Below, in pieces: positions 12,807-22,972 of a stretch of 64,000 bases of DNA. The notes beneath the pieces were generated by a model. It searched no databases, was not told where the DNA came from, and was given only the letters and a program-made list of their open reading frames with translations. Each line of letters starts with the position of its first letter. The stretch's first letter is position 1. This DNA is from an uncultured Planctomycetota bacterium (GTDB lineage Bacteria > Planctomycetota > Planctomycetia > Pirellulales > Lacipirellulaceae). The translations under genes and the position numbers were made by a program. The stretch covers positions 224,001 to 288,000 of the forward strand of contig CAVRBU010000006.1 of NCBI GenBank assembly GCA_963719315.1. Direction: 5' to 3'.

Positions 12807-13598
12807 ATGACTTCAATGGCACCCAAAGCGCCCGCCGCGACGGCCAAGAATCCTGGCCCGACGAACGGCGGCTCGGATCGCGCGGCGATGATCGAGGCCG
12901 ACAATCTGTCGAAGTTTTATGGCGACTTCGCGGCCTGCCGCGACGTGACGTTCACGATCTATCGCGGCGAAGTGGCCGCTTTCCTGGGGCCGAATGGCGC
13001 CGGCAAAAGCACGACCATGAAGCTGCTCACGGGCTATCTGGCGCCGTCGGCGGGGACAGCCCGCATCGCCGGGTACAACATGGCGACCCACCGTTTGGAC
13101 GGCGCGAAGCATTTGGGCTACTTGCCGGAAAACGGACCGCTCTATCCCGATATGACGCCGCGGAGCCTGCTCAAGTTTTTTGGGCAGGCGCGGGGGATGT
13201 CGCCGGCACTCCTGGAAGAGCGGATGTCGAAGGTGGTTGATCTATGCAAACTTGGCACGGTGATCGGCAAGCCGATCGGAAAGTTGTCAAAAGGCTTTCG
13301 CCAACGTGTCGGTATGGCTCAAGTGCTGTTGCACGAGCCGGACGTATTGATCCTCGACGAGCCGACGTCCGGTCTCGATCCGAACCAGATTCGCGAGGTC
13401 CGCGATACGATTCGTCGGATTGGCGAGACGAAGGCGATCTTGCTCTCGACGCACATCCTGCAAGAAGTGGGAGCGATGTGCAACCGCGTGATTTTCATCG
13501 ACTCTGGCCGGCTGAAATTCGACGGTCGGCCAAGCGAGTTTGCGGCCGAGGAGACGAACTTCGACGAGCGGTTCCACCAACTTACGAGCACGCATTGA
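12807..13598 (+). CDS. ABC transporter ATP-binding protein (GldA-like)
   Basis: Walker A GPNGAGKST, signature LSKGFRQRVG, Walker B ILDEPTSGLDP. Confidence 0.95.
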   Translation: MTSMAPKAPAATAKNPGPTNGGSDRAAMIEADNLSKFYGDFAACRDVTFTIYRGEVAAFLGPNGAGKSTTMKLLTGYLAPSAGTARIAGYNMATHRLDGAKHLGYLPENGPLYPDMTPRSLLKFFGQARGMSPALLEERMSKVVDLCKLGTVIGKPIGKLSKGFRQRVGMAQVLLHEPDVLILDEPTSGLDPNQIREVRDTIRRIGETKAILLSTHILQEVGAMCNRVIFIDSGRLKFDGRPSEFAAEETNFDERFHQLTSTH

Positions 13599-13717
13599 TG
13601 TGTAAATTCACGGAGGCAGAGTCAAGATAATCCAAACTTAAACCCCTTGCAGCATTGCCGGCCGATTTTCTCCTTCCGACACCTGAAACCTGAAACCTGA
13701 CACCTGAAACCTATCTT

Positions 13718-16603
13718 ATGAACTGGACCGTCCTCAAAGCGATTTTTCGCCGGGATTTCGTCAGCTATTTTTCCAATCCCACGGGCTACGTTTTCATTTG
13801 CGTGTTCGTGATGCTGAGCGCGCTGGCCGCGTTCTGGCCGCCCGACTTTTTTAGCAACAACCTGGCAAATCTGGACCAGCTCAATAAGTGGCTACCGTTC
13901 ATTTTGCTGGTGTTCATTCCGGCCATCACGATGAGCATCTGGGCCGAGGAGCGGCGGCAGCACACCGATGAGCTGCTGCTCACGCTGCCGGCCAGCGACA
14001 TGGATGTGGTTTTGGGCAAGTACCTGGCCAGCGTGGCGATTTACACGGTCGCGCTATTGTTTTCGATGTTCTCGATCTATCTCGTGTTCAGCTACGGCCT
14101 GGGCACGCCCGACACGGGTTTGTTCATCGGCACGTATATTGGTTACTGGTTCGTCGGGATCGCGATGCTGTCGATCGGTATGGTGGCGTCGTTCTTGACG
14201 GGCAATCTGACCGTAGGCTTCATCCTGGGCATGGTGTTCAACGCGCCCTTGGCGATGTTCGGCGTGGCCGATTGGATTATCAAAAATCCGCAGCTTGCTC
14301 AGGCCGTCAGGCGTTGGAGCGCGCTCGAGCAATTTCGAGACTTCGAACGCGGAGTAATCAGCTTAAGCGGCATCAGCTACTTCGTGATGATCGCGATCGT
14401 GATGCTGTACATCAGCATGGTGCTCATCGGCCGGCGGCATTGGGGCGGGCGCGAAGAAGATGAATCGATGTGGGCGCATTATCTGGCCCGCGCGCTGGGG
14501 CTGATGGCCCTGGCGGTCGGCGTGAATCTCGTGCTCTCGCACCATAGCGTGTGGTGGGCCGATGTGACGAGCGAGCAAATCAACAAGCCTTCGCCGAAGA
14601 CGAGCGAGCTGGTCAAGCAGCTTCGCGGCGACGACAAGGTCAAGACGATCAAAATCGACGCGTATGTCAGCCCGCAAATGCCGGCCGAATATGCGGCCCA
14701 CAAGCTCAATTTCCTCTCCACACTTTCGGAGTTGAGTTCGCTCAGTGGCGGAAAAATCGTCGTCGACGTTCACGAGATTGAAAACTTCAGCGAAGAGGCG
14801 GCCAACGCCCAGAAGGATTTTGGAATCGAGCCGCGGGAAGTTCTTACCATCGATCGAGGCGCCCATAAGAAGGATGAGATTTTTCTGGGCGCCGCGATCA
14901 CATCCGGGTTGGACCGAGTCGTGATACCGTTCATCGACAAGGGCATCCCGATCGAATACGAGCTGGTGCGCTCGATTTGCACGGTCGCCCAGCAGCAGCG
15001 GAAGAAGCTCGGCGTGGTGAAGACCGATGTGCAATTATTCGGCGGGTTCTCGATGCAGGGACAGAGCGAGGAGTCGCCGTTGGTGGCGGAATTGAAGAAA
15101 CAGTACGACGTGGTGGAAGTCGATCCGTCGAAACCGATCAGGGACCGGTACGATGTGATGCTGGCCGTGCAGCCGTCGAGTCTCAATCCGGAGTCGATGA
15201 AGAACTTCATCGCCGCGGTGAAAACGGGACAGCCGACGGCGATTTTCGAGGATCCACTGCCGCTTTCGCAGGGTGAAGTGGTCGGCACTTCGCAGCCGAA
15301 GCGGCCGCCCGGTGGCCCAATGGCCATGTTCGGCGGCGGCGGGCCGCCCGAGCCCAAGGGCGATATCTCTGAGTTATGGAAGTTGCTCGGTGTGGAAATG
15401 TATGGCGATGAAATCGTCTGGCAGGACTTCAATCCAGAGAAAAAGCTGGGGCAGTTCTTGCCTCGCGAGTTGGTGTTCGTGGATGAATCGCTCGAAACGC
15501 AAGGCACTCCACATCCGTTCGATCCAGACGATCCGATCTCTGCCGACATGCGTCAGCTTCTGTTCTTATGGGCGGGATCGTTCCGGCCCGCGGAAGGATC
15601 GAAGGTCGATTTCCACAAACTGGCGGTCACTGGAACCAACAGCGGCACGATCAACTACCAGGACGCGGAAATGTCGCTCCGTGCGGGATCAATGGCAGGC
15701 GTGCGGCGCACGACCACTCATGAGCCGTACATTCTTGCGGCCCACGTGAAAGGCAAGCCCGCGGCCGACGCCGGTTTGTACCTTTCCGACAAGGATGGCA
15801 AGAAAGCTAACGCCGTTGACGCGTCGAAAAAAGATGCCGCGAAAACGGATGCGGCGAAAACCGAAGCCACGCAGGACGGCAAGCCGGCCGAAAATGCGAA
15901 GGCGGCCGAAGACGACGCATTAGCGGGCAAGGAACCGGAAAAAACCGAGCTCAATGTCGTGCTGGTGGCCGATATCGATTGGATTCTGGCACCGGATATC
16001 TATCGGATTCGTGCAGCCGGCAGCGACCAGGACGATTCGTCCCAAATCGACTTCAAATTTCAGAACATCCCATTCGCGCTGAACATTCTCGACTCGCTGG
16101 CCGGCGACGACCGCTTCATCGATCTGCGAAAGCGGACGCGGTCACATCGGATTTTGACCAAAGTGGAAGAGGCGACCGAGGATCAGCGGCGGGCGTCGCT
16201 GGACGAGCAGTCCAAGTTCTTCAACGAGGCGAAGCAACAAATCGAGGCGGCTCAAGCCGACGTTCGCAAGAAGTTGGCGGACCTGGACGCCCGCACCGAT
16301 CTCGACCCGCGGGTGAAGGATTTGATGATGCAGCGGGAGCAGATTCGTCTCGAGCGGACCAGCAAAGTCCAAGTTACCTCGTTCGAGAAGGATCGAGATA
16401 AGAAAATCAAGCAGAGCGAGCGAGAGCTGGCGGCGAAGATTGGCAGCGTGCAGAACAACTACAAGTTACTGGCCGTGCTACTGCCGCCGATACCGCCGAT
16501 TCTGTTGGCGTTCTTCGTGTATTTCCATCGCCGCAAGGCAGAGCGGGAAGGCGTCGATGCACGCCGGCTTCGCTATGGTCGAACGAGCGAAAAAGCGGCG
16601 TAG
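13718..16603 (+). CDS. ABC-2 permease fused to a GldG-type auxiliary domain
   Basis: N-terminal permease (PAITMSIWAEERRQHTDELLLTLP), then a soluble domain (EYELVRSI, VVLVADID) and a C-terminal TM helix. Confidence 0.85.
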   Translation: MNWTVLKAIFRRDFVSYFSNPTGYVFICVFVMLSALAAFWPPDFFSNNLANLDQLNKWLPFILLVFIPAITMSIWAEERRQHTDELLLTLPASDMDVVLGKYLASVAIYTVALLFSMFSIYLVFSYGLGTPDTGLFIGTYIGYWFVGIAMLSIGMVASFLTGNLTVGFILGMVFNAPLAMFGVADWIIKNPQLAQAVRRWSALEQFRDFERGVISLSGISYFVMIAIVMLYISMVLIGRRHWGGREEDESMWAHYLARALGLMALAVGVNLVLSHHSVWWADVTSEQINKPSPKTSELVKQLRGDDKVKTIKIDAYVSPQMPAEYAAHKLNFLSTLSELSSLSGGKIVVDVHEIENFSEEAANAQKDFGIEPREVLTIDRGAHKKDEIFLGAAITSGLDRVVIPFIDKGIPIEYELVRSICTVAQQQRKKLGVVKTDVQLFGGFSMQGQSEESPLVAELKKQYDVVEVDPSKPIRDRYDVMLAVQPSSLNPESMKNFIAAVKTGQPTAIFEDPLPLSQGEVVGTSQPKRPPGGPMAMFGGGGPPEPKGDISELWKLLGVEMYGDEIVWQDFNPEKKLGQFLPRELVFVDESLETQGTPHPFDPDDPISADMRQLLFLWAGSFRPAEGSKVDFHKLAVTGTNSGTINYQDAEMSLRAGSMAGVRRTTTHEPYILAAHVKGKPAADAGLYLSDKDGKKANAVDASKKDAAKTDAAKTEATQDGKPAENAKAAEDDALAGKEPEKTELNVVLVADIDWILAPDIYRIRAAGSDQDDSSQIDFKFQNIPFALNILDSLAGDDRFIDLRKRTRSHRILTKVEEATEDQRRASLDEQSKFFNEAKQQIEAAQADVRKKLADLDARTDLDPRVKDLMMQREQIRLERTSKVQVTSFEKDRDKKIKQSERELAAKIGSVQNNYKLLAVLLPPIPPILLAFFVYFHRRKAEREGVDARRLRYGRTSEKAA

Positions 16604-16768
16604 GTCGGCGAACTGAAACAAAGTTTTAGCAATAAGATTTATCACGAAGAACACAAAGAAATGAGTATTGGTCATTGGTCATTGGTCATTGGTCATTTTC
16701 TTCGTGTCCTCAGTGCTCTTCGTGGTTCATTCCTAGCCGACATTATTTGTCGGCGGAGTATATGAGTT

Positions 16769-18682
16769 ATGAGTGAAAACGCAAAAACGATGACGTTTGT
16801 CGGTGTGGGGCTGTGCGCGATCTTGCTCGGGTTTGTGACGGCGCCGTCATCGGCCGAGGTGGATGAAGCGTCTTTGAGCGGCGTGAATTTAACGAAAAAC
16901 TTCAAGGATCCCGATGAGGCCAAGCGGCTGCGAATCGTGCGGTTCGATGAGGACACGGCGACGCTCCGCGAGTTCGAGGTTGCCGAGCAGGACGGCCTGT
17001 GGACGATTCCGTCCAAGAACAACTACCCGGCCGACGCGGCGAAACAAATGGCCGAGGCGGCCACGTCGCTCATGGACCGCAAGATTCTGCACGTGGCCAG
17101 CAAGAACGCCGGCGAACACGAACAGTACGGCGTGATCGATCCGCTGTCGCCGAAGTTGGAGGCGGGGCAAAAGGGGGTCGGCACGCGGGTCACGATGTCC
17201 GATGCTCAAGGCAAACCGCTGGTCGATCTCATCGTCGGTAAGCCGGTGCGCGATGCCGAGGGCCAGCGATACGTCCGCGAGGCGGACCACGGCGTGGTCT
17301 ACGTTGTCGAAATCGACCCGTCGAAGTTGTCAACCAATTTCGAGGACTGGATCGAGAAGGATTTGCTGAAACTCAATGCGTGGGATTTGCAGCAGGTGGA
17401 TGTGAAGGATTATTCGGCCGAGATGGGGCTGGTGCGAGCCCCCGACGGTCGGCCGTCGATCGGCGTGGCGTGGGACCCGCGGTCGGATATTACGGTGGCC
17501 TACAACGACGCGGATGCCAAGTGGACGCCGGTGAAACTGCGGAAGTTTGATCCTAAAAAAGGGAAGGACGGCGAGTACGTTGATTTTACGCTGGCGGGGG
17601 ATGAGGAACTGAACGACACGACGTTGAACGCGCTCAAGACCGCGCTCGACGATTTGAAGATCGTGGACGTGAAGCGCAAGCCCCAGGGACTCAGCGATAA
17701 TCTCAAGGCCGGCGCGGAATTCACGAACAATCCCGAAGCCTTTCAGGATTTGATGTCGAAGGGCTTCGCCGCGATGGCAACGCCGGAGGGCGGAGCACAA
17801 GATATTATTTCCAGCGACGGCGAAGTCATTGCAACGATGAAAAATGGCGCCGAGTACGTGCTGCGGTTCGGCAATCTGACGAATGTCGCGGGCAGCCAGG
17901 ACAAGGACAAGGACGAGAAGGCGGCGGAAAAGTCCGGCGGACCGGCCGGCAAAGACAAAAAACCCGCCAAGACCGACGTGCATCGCTATTTGTTCGTCAT
18001 GGCGCGGTTCAACAAAGACGCGGTCAAGCGGCCCGAGTTGGTGAAGCTGCCCGAGTTACCGGCGAAGACCGAAGCCAAAGCCGAGCCAGCCGCGCCTGCG
18101 AAAGAGGGTGAGGCTGCCGAAAAGAAGGAGGACGCCGCGAAGAAGACCGACGCTGCGGACAAGAAATCAGATGCCGCCGAGGCGAAGAAGGACGAAGCCG
18201 ATAAGAAGAAGGATGATGCCGCGGCTACTCCGCCGGCGAAGACGGACGAGACTGCCAAGGCAGACGAGACAACGAAGGATAAACCGGCCCCGGCCGACGC
18301 GGCAAAGGCTGCCGAGGGCGCGGAGAAAAAGGATGGCACCGCTGCGAAGGGCGGCGCAGAATCCGATAAGGAGATCGAGAAAGTCATCGCCGAGCGGAAG
18401 CAGATCGAAAAGGAAAACCAGCGCAAGCTGGATGAGTACGATGCACTCTTGAAAAAGGGCCAGGCAAGTGTGAAGGACCTGAACCTACGGTTTGGTGATT
18501 GGTATTTCGTCGTGAATGACGATGTGTTCCAGAAGGTGCGCCTCAGCCGCGATAAGATCATCAAGAATAAGGAAACGAAAACCGAAGGCGCGGCCAAGAA
18601 TGGCAAGGACGCCGCAGCGCCACCCGCCGGCATCCCGGGCCTGCCGGAGATTCCAGGCGCGAGCAAGTCGGGCGACAAGTAG
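16769..18682 (+). CDS. DUF4340-domain protein
   Basis: Follows the Gld-type ABC genes. Motifs WTIPSKNNYPAD, LIVGK..YVR and LSTNFEDWIEKDLL. Confidence 0.75.
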   Translation: MSENAKTMTFVGVGLCAILLGFVTAPSSAEVDEASLSGVNLTKNFKDPDEAKRLRIVRFDEDTATLREFEVAEQDGLWTIPSKNNYPADAAKQMAEAATSLMDRKILHVASKNAGEHEQYGVIDPLSPKLEAGQKGVGTRVTMSDAQGKPLVDLIVGKPVRDAEGQRYVREADHGVVYVVEIDPSKLSTNFEDWIEKDLLKLNAWDLQQVDVKDYSAEMGLVRAPDGRPSIGVAWDPRSDITVAYNDADAKWTPVKLRKFDPKKGKDGEYVDFTLAGDEELNDTTLNALKTALDDLKIVDVKRKPQGLSDNLKAGAEFTNNPEAFQDLMSKGFAAMATPEGGAQDIISSDGEVIATMKNGAEYVLRFGNLTNVAGSQDKDKDEKAAEKSGGPAGKDKKPAKTDVHRYLFVMARFNKDAVKRPELVKLPELPAKTEAKAEPAAPAKEGEAAEKKEDAAKKTDAADKKSDAAEAKKDEADKKKDDAAATPPAKTDETAKADETTKDKPAPADAAKAAEGAEKKDGTAAKGGAESDKEIEKVIAERKQIEKENQRKLDEYDALLKKGQASVKDLNLRFGDWYFVVNDDVFQKVRLSRDKIIKNKETKTEGAAKNGKDAAAPPAGIPGLPEIPGASKSGDK

Positions 18683-18729
18683 TTTTCACGGAACAGGCGA
18701 CAGCCTCTCTGGCTTAGAGTTAGCGAATA

Positions 18730-18819
18730 GGTGGCATGCTTTCCCGCCGCGGCGGGTAAGCATGTGTCCGAGCTTCGCCATCATGCTCACGTTGCTAACG
18801 CGAGGAGAGCATGGCACTC
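18730..18819. repeat. Palindromic intergenic repeat, copy 1 (copy 2 at 48443-48532)
   Basis: GGTGGCATGCTTTC...TAAGCATG...CATGCTCAC...GAGAGCATGGCACTC, located between convergent genes. Confidence 0.7.
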
Positions 18820-18831
18820 AAGCGCCTCGCT

Positions 18832-19158
18832 TTATCGGGGCTCCGCTTCTTGCCCCAGTTCGCGCAGCGATTCCAGCGTGTAAATGCCCGTGTTATGGCC
18901 GTCGCTGAAATCGATCGAGTAGGCATAGTTGCCCACGGGTTTCATGGCCGTAATTCGTAGGGGCTGGGCTTCGGCGGCCGAGAGGATGGGGAGTTGCAAA
19001 GGCGAGGGCGGCGGGGCGTTGCGTTTCTCGCGGCAGGTGGCGCAGGGGCATTTATCGCGTAACTCGCGCAGCGAATAGTCGCGCGTTTGGCCGTCGCTCC
19101 AAGTGATGCGAAGGCGGTTGCTTTCAACGAGCTCAAGCTTTGTTGGTTGGGCGGTCAT
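18832..19158 (-). CDS. DUF971 / GBBH-like N-terminal domain protein
   Basis: Motifs LRDKCPCATC and PVGNYAYSIDFSDGHNTGIY. Confidence 0.9.
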   Translation of the reverse strand: MTAQPTKLELVESNRLRITWSDGQTRDYSLRELRDKCPCATCREKRNAPPPSPLQLPILSAAEAQPLRITAMKPVGNYAYSIDFSDGHNTGIYTLESLRELGQEAEPR

Positions 19159-19209
19159 ATTAATGATGCAAGACTAGGAGCCAAGAAGAGGGGGAGACAA
19201 GGAGAATTG

Positions 19210-20613
19210 TTACCCTACATCTTCTCCATGTCTCCTTGTCTCCCCCTCTCTTTGTCTTTCCGTCAGCCGTTCGTCGATGAAGCGTTGGCCCTTGCCTTCG
19301 AAGCGGGGAAGCGAGAGGGCAGGGACGCAGCGGACCTCGAATTTCAATCCTAGTCTTAGCTGTAATTCCTGGGCGATGCGAGCCGGCTGTTGCAGGTGAT
19401 CTTCCACCTCGACGATCAGCTCGTCCATCGCGCCGTGTTTGCGGGCGGTCAGGCGGTACTCGACGACTTCCGGAAAGCTGTGCAGGATTTGCTCGATTGC
19501 GGTCGGGTAAACATTCATGCCGCGGACAATCATCATATCGTCCGCGCGGCCGACAATGCCGCCCTCGAGCAGCACGAAGCGGCAGGATTCACCGGCTCCC
19601 CTCCCTTGTAGGGAGAGGCCGGGGGAGGGTTCGTTCCAAACGGGCCGAACGAGGTCGCCCGTGCGATAGCGGATGATCGGCGAGCCGATCCGGCCAAGCG
19701 TAGTAAGAATCAAGTGCGACAGTTCGCCTTCCCGCGCGGGATGACCTGTGGCCACGGACACGAACTCGGCGATGAAGTGGGCTTCGTTGACATAAAGCCC
19801 GCGGCCCTCGCGATCGGCGAATCCCCAGGGGCCGACTTCGGTTGCGCCGCCGTGATCGACGAGTCGCGCGCCCCAAGCGGTTTCGATCCGCTCGCGCGTG
19901 GCGGGCACGCTGCCGCCGGGCTCACCGGCAACGATGATCTTTTCGACCGCCAACCCAGCCAGATCGATGTGATGTTCAGCGGCCACTTCGGCGAGCCGCA
20001 ACGCATACGTCGGCGTGCAGAGCAGGGTGGTTACTCGGGCGCTGCGAATCAATTCGATACGAGACAAGCTGCCTAGGCCGCCGCCGGGGATGACGAGTGC
20101 ACCGCGGGCCACGAGCGCATCGAACGCGCTCCAAAAGCCAATGAACGGCCCGAATGAAAACGCGAGCAGAGCGCGGTCGCTCGGCGTGACTTCGGCCGCA
20201 TCGAGCACGAACTGCCAGGCGTCGATCCACCACCGCCAATCGTCGGCCGTATCGACGACGACCAGCGGCCGGCCGCGCGTGCCGGAAGTTTGGTGACAGC
20301 GAACGTACTGGTTGATTGGAAACGTGCGATTGGCGGCAAATGGTTCGTCGCCCGCGGCCGGTTGCAGCTCCTCTTTCGTGGTCAGCGGCAGCGATGCGAG
20401 TTGGTCGAGGGTTTCAAGCCGCGTCGGGCAGATAGCCAACTTGCGTTGGTAGAAGGCGTTATGCGGCAGGATCACTGCTAGCAGCCGATTGAGTTTTTCC
20501 AACTGCAACTGGGCGAGCGCGGGCCGATCGAGCTGCGTGATTTGGCGGCGTTCTTCCGAGGATGTGGTCATTGCAGTCATAAAGCCGCGGCCGGCGGTCG
20601 CGGCTTTATGCAT
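19210..20613 (-). CDS. Phenylacetate--CoA ligase family protein
   Basis: Motifs HQTSGTRGRP, AGEPGG, DHGGATEVG, IIRYRTGD and GRADDMMIVRGMNVYP. Confidence 0.9.
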   Translation of the reverse strand: MHKAATAGRGFMTAMTTSSEERRQITQLDRPALAQLQLEKLNRLLAVILPHNAFYQRKLAICPTRLETLDQLASLPLTTKEELQPAAGDEPFAANRTFPINQYVRCHQTSGTRGRPLVVVDTADDWRWWIDAWQFVLDAAEVTPSDRALLAFSFGPFIGFWSAFDALVARGALVIPGGGLGSLSRIELIRSARVTTLLCTPTYALRLAEVAAEHHIDLAGLAVEKIIVAGEPGGSVPATRERIETAWGARLVDHGGATEVGPWGFADREGRGLYVNEAHFIAEFVSVATGHPAREGELSHLILTTLGRIGSPIIRYRTGDLVRPVWNEPSPGLSLQGRGAGESCRFVLLEGGIVGRADDMMIVRGMNVYPTAIEQILHSFPEVVEYRLTARKHGAMDELIVEVEDHLQQPARIAQELQLRLGLKFEVRCVPALSLPRFEGKGQRFIDERLTERQREGETRRHGEDVG

Positions 20614-21908
20614 TAGTTGGTCGCCGGTGGGCCGATGCAGTACAGCGACGATACGGTCCGTACGTAGAGCCGGTGATTGGCGACGGCCGGCGTCGCGATG
20701 CAGGGCTCGTTCACCGAGTTTCGTGCCAGGACTTTGAATTCTTTATCGGCAGCGAGCACCACCGCGTCGCCAGCGCGAGAGCAATTGATAATGCGATCAC
20801 CGATGCGGATCGGTGAGCTGTGGAAGTCACCCCCCACGCGCTCGCGCCAGTGTTGCTTGCCGGTGGGGACATCGTAGCAAGACACGACGCCGCGATCGCT
20901 CCAGACAAAAAGCAAATCACCCGCGACGACCGACGTGGGCACTTGCGGAGTGTTCTGCTTCAGTCGGTAGACTTCGGTCGTCGGCGACGTTGGGTTGCCG
21001 GGTCGCACGGCGAGTAATAGCTTGCCATTGCCGCCTTGGCCGCAACCGGCAAACACCATTCCATTGGCGACGATCGGCGACCCCACGCAACGTTGGTCAA
21101 ATTCATCTTTGAAGCTCTCCCAGGCGACCTTGCCTGATTTGGCAACGATGGCCGTCAGCCCGGAGGCGGTGCTGGAAGTGATTAGAAGCTTGTTGGGCGC
21201 GTTCGGATCCAACAGGCAGGGGGTGGCAAACGAAGTGATGCCCGACTCGCGGGGAAGCCGCCAGCGGACTTCGCCCGTTTTTCCGTCGAAAGCCGTGACC
21301 GAACTTTCGGCGCCGCTGTTGTTGGCCACGATCACCAGATCGTCGACGACGATGGGCGAATTGCCGTAACCGTGAATTTCCTTGAACGGCCCGACATCGC
21401 GGCGCCAGAGCACTTCGCCCGCGTGGGTTAGCGCGGCGAGCGTGACCTGGCCGCCAGTAAGCCACAGGACGTACAGACGCTCGGCATCGACCGCGGGCGT
21501 GCTCGATGCAAGGCTGTTGAGGTCGTTGATATGGTACTTGGACGCTTCCAGCTTCTTTTTCCACAAGGGCGCACCGGTGCCGGCATCAAAGGCAGATACG
21601 ATTTGCTCGCCCGTGGCGGTATCCGCGGAGACGAGAAAGAGTTTGCTGTCCCAAATCACGGGCGAACTGTGACCGATGCCGGGGAGCGATTGCTTCCAGA
21701 GAAAGTTGGATTCCTCCCACGTGGTTGGGATCGTGGAGTCATTGCTTTGGCCTGCGCCGTTCGGGCCGCGGAAACGGTCCCAATTTTCGGCGGGAGCCGT
21801 GCTTGAAATCGCTGCGCTGGCTACGAGTGCGACGCACAGTAGTGTCTCACGCAAAGGCGCAAAGGCGCGAAAAATGGGGGAGCTTGGCATGAGGATGGAG
21901 CGAGTCAT
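20613..21908 (-). CDS. PQQ-like beta-propeller repeat protein (secreted)
   Basis: ENWDRFRGPNG, GHSSPVIW and repeated SP/TP...W blades. Start is approximate. Confidence 0.88.
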   Translation of the reverse strand: MTRSILMPSSPIFRAFAPLRETLLCVALVASAAISSTAPAENWDRFRGPNGAGQSNDSTIPTTWEESNFLWKQSLPGIGHSSPVIWDSKLFLVSADTATGEQIVSAFDAGTGAPLWKKKLEASKYHINDLNSLASSTPAVDAERLYVLWLTGGQVTLAALTHAGEVLWRRDVGPFKEIHGYGNSPIVVDDLVIVANNSGAESSVTAFDGKTGEVRWRLPRESGITSFATPCLLDPNAPNKLLITSSTASGLTAIVAKSGKVAWESFKDEFDQRCVGSPIVANGMVFAGCGQGGNGKLLLAVRPGNPTSPTTEVYRLKQNTPQVPTSVVAGDLLFVWSDRGVVSCYDVPTGKQHWRERVGGDFHSSPIRIGDRIINCSRAGDAVVLAADKEFKVLARNSVNEPCIATPAVANHRLYVRTVSSLYCIGPPATN

Positions 21909-22102
21909 GGTTTTTGAATGTTGCGCACGAAGTTGATTTTTCGATCCAATATTCGTAGATCTCGGGGGTTGCGCGACTTTTGGAGCGCGCGAGTTGCATT
22001 CGGTACAGAAGTTGTTCGTTGCGATTGGTATGATTGTCGCACGGGGCAACGGAGGTTTTCCATTGTATCCGAACGGCCGGCAGCCTAGCAGGTCAACCCG
22101 CA

Positions 22103-22123
22103 TAAAGGGGACGGGAGTCATTT
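22103..22123 (+). repeat. Motif copy R1, TAAAGGGGACGGGAGTCATTT
   Basis: Inverted match to R2 at 20/21 positions; lies immediately before the transposase promoter. Confidence 0.9.
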
Positions 22124-22124
22124 C

Positions 22125-22154
22125 TTGACACGGGAGATGGGGGCGTGGTAACCT
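22125..22154 (+). promoter_or_regulatory. Putative sigma70 promoter of the RAYT gene (likely leaderless mRNA)
   Basis: TTGACA (22125-30), 18-bp spacer, TG-N-TAACCT (22149-54). The ATG is 6 nt later with no SD. Confidence 0.55.
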
Positions 22155-22160
22155 GGCCGC

Positions 22161-22875
22161 ATGCCGCGGCGTGCTCGGACAATTGTGGGTGGTTATGCGT
22201 ACCATGTGCTCAATCGGAGCAACGGTCGGTTGCGGCTATTCAAGAAGGGGGCCGATTTCGCCGCTTTCGAGCGGGTACTCGCCGAAGCGTTCGAACGCCT
22301 GCCACTGCGGATTCTGGGCTACACGGTTATGGGCAACCATTGGCACTTCGTGGTGTGGCCGCGGCAGAGGCAGCACCAGCAGGTTTCCGAGTTCTTTCGT
22401 TGGCTCACCGTCACGCACACGCAGCGCTGGCATGCCCATCATGGCACATCGGGAATGGGTCACGTGTATCAAGGCCGCTTTAAGAGCTTTCCCATCTCGG
22501 CGGACGAACATCTGCTTGCCGTGCTGAGATACGTCGAGCGCAACCCGCTGCGAGCCGGCTTGGTGGAGAGAGCCGAGCAATGGCGGTGGGGGAGCCTTTA
22601 CCGACGCACGCAAGGCACGGCCGAAGAGCGGGCGCTGTTGGCCGACTCGCCCGTTCCGCTCGGCCGGCGATGGTGCGAGCACGTCAACGGGCCACAGACG
22701 GAAGCCGAGTTGGAGGCGATCCGGCGGAGCGTGGCGCGCGGCCGACCTTTTGGCGGCGACGATTGGCGCGAAAGTAACCAGACAACTTGGCCTCGAATAC
22801 ACGCTGCGATCCCGCGGCCGCCCCAGAAAACCGGCGGAGCCGAATTCTGATGTTGGCGCCACGAGCCGAAAATGA
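22161..22875 (+). CDS. REP-associated-type HUH tyrosine (Y1) transposase, RAYT-like; frameshift ~22770
   Basis: YHVLNRSN, HUH motif MGNHWHFVV, GHVYQGRFKS and catalytic-Tyr region RYVERNPLRAGLV..W.WGS. The shifted tail KVTRQLGLEYTLRSRGRPRK ends at TGA 22873-75, inside R2. Confidence 0.9.
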
Positions 22876-22890
22876 CTCCCGTCGCCTTTA
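22869..22890 (-). repeat. Motif copy R2, AAAATGACTCCCGTCGCCTTTA
   Basis: Read directly from the sequence. Confidence 0.9.
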
Positions 22891-22972
22891 CTTCATTCAA
22901 TTGCAGTTTTATACCCCTCTGTTAGAATGTTCCTCTTGGGACTATAAAGCATCCAAATGTAGGAGCGCGCTA

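Noticed and set aside
5098..16700. Heptamer runs (CACCTGA/AACCTGA at ~5100-5150 and ~13680-13710, GTCGAGG at ~5790-5830, ATTGGTC at ~16667-16697)
   Set aside because: Common short intergenic tandem repeats with no unique spacers.
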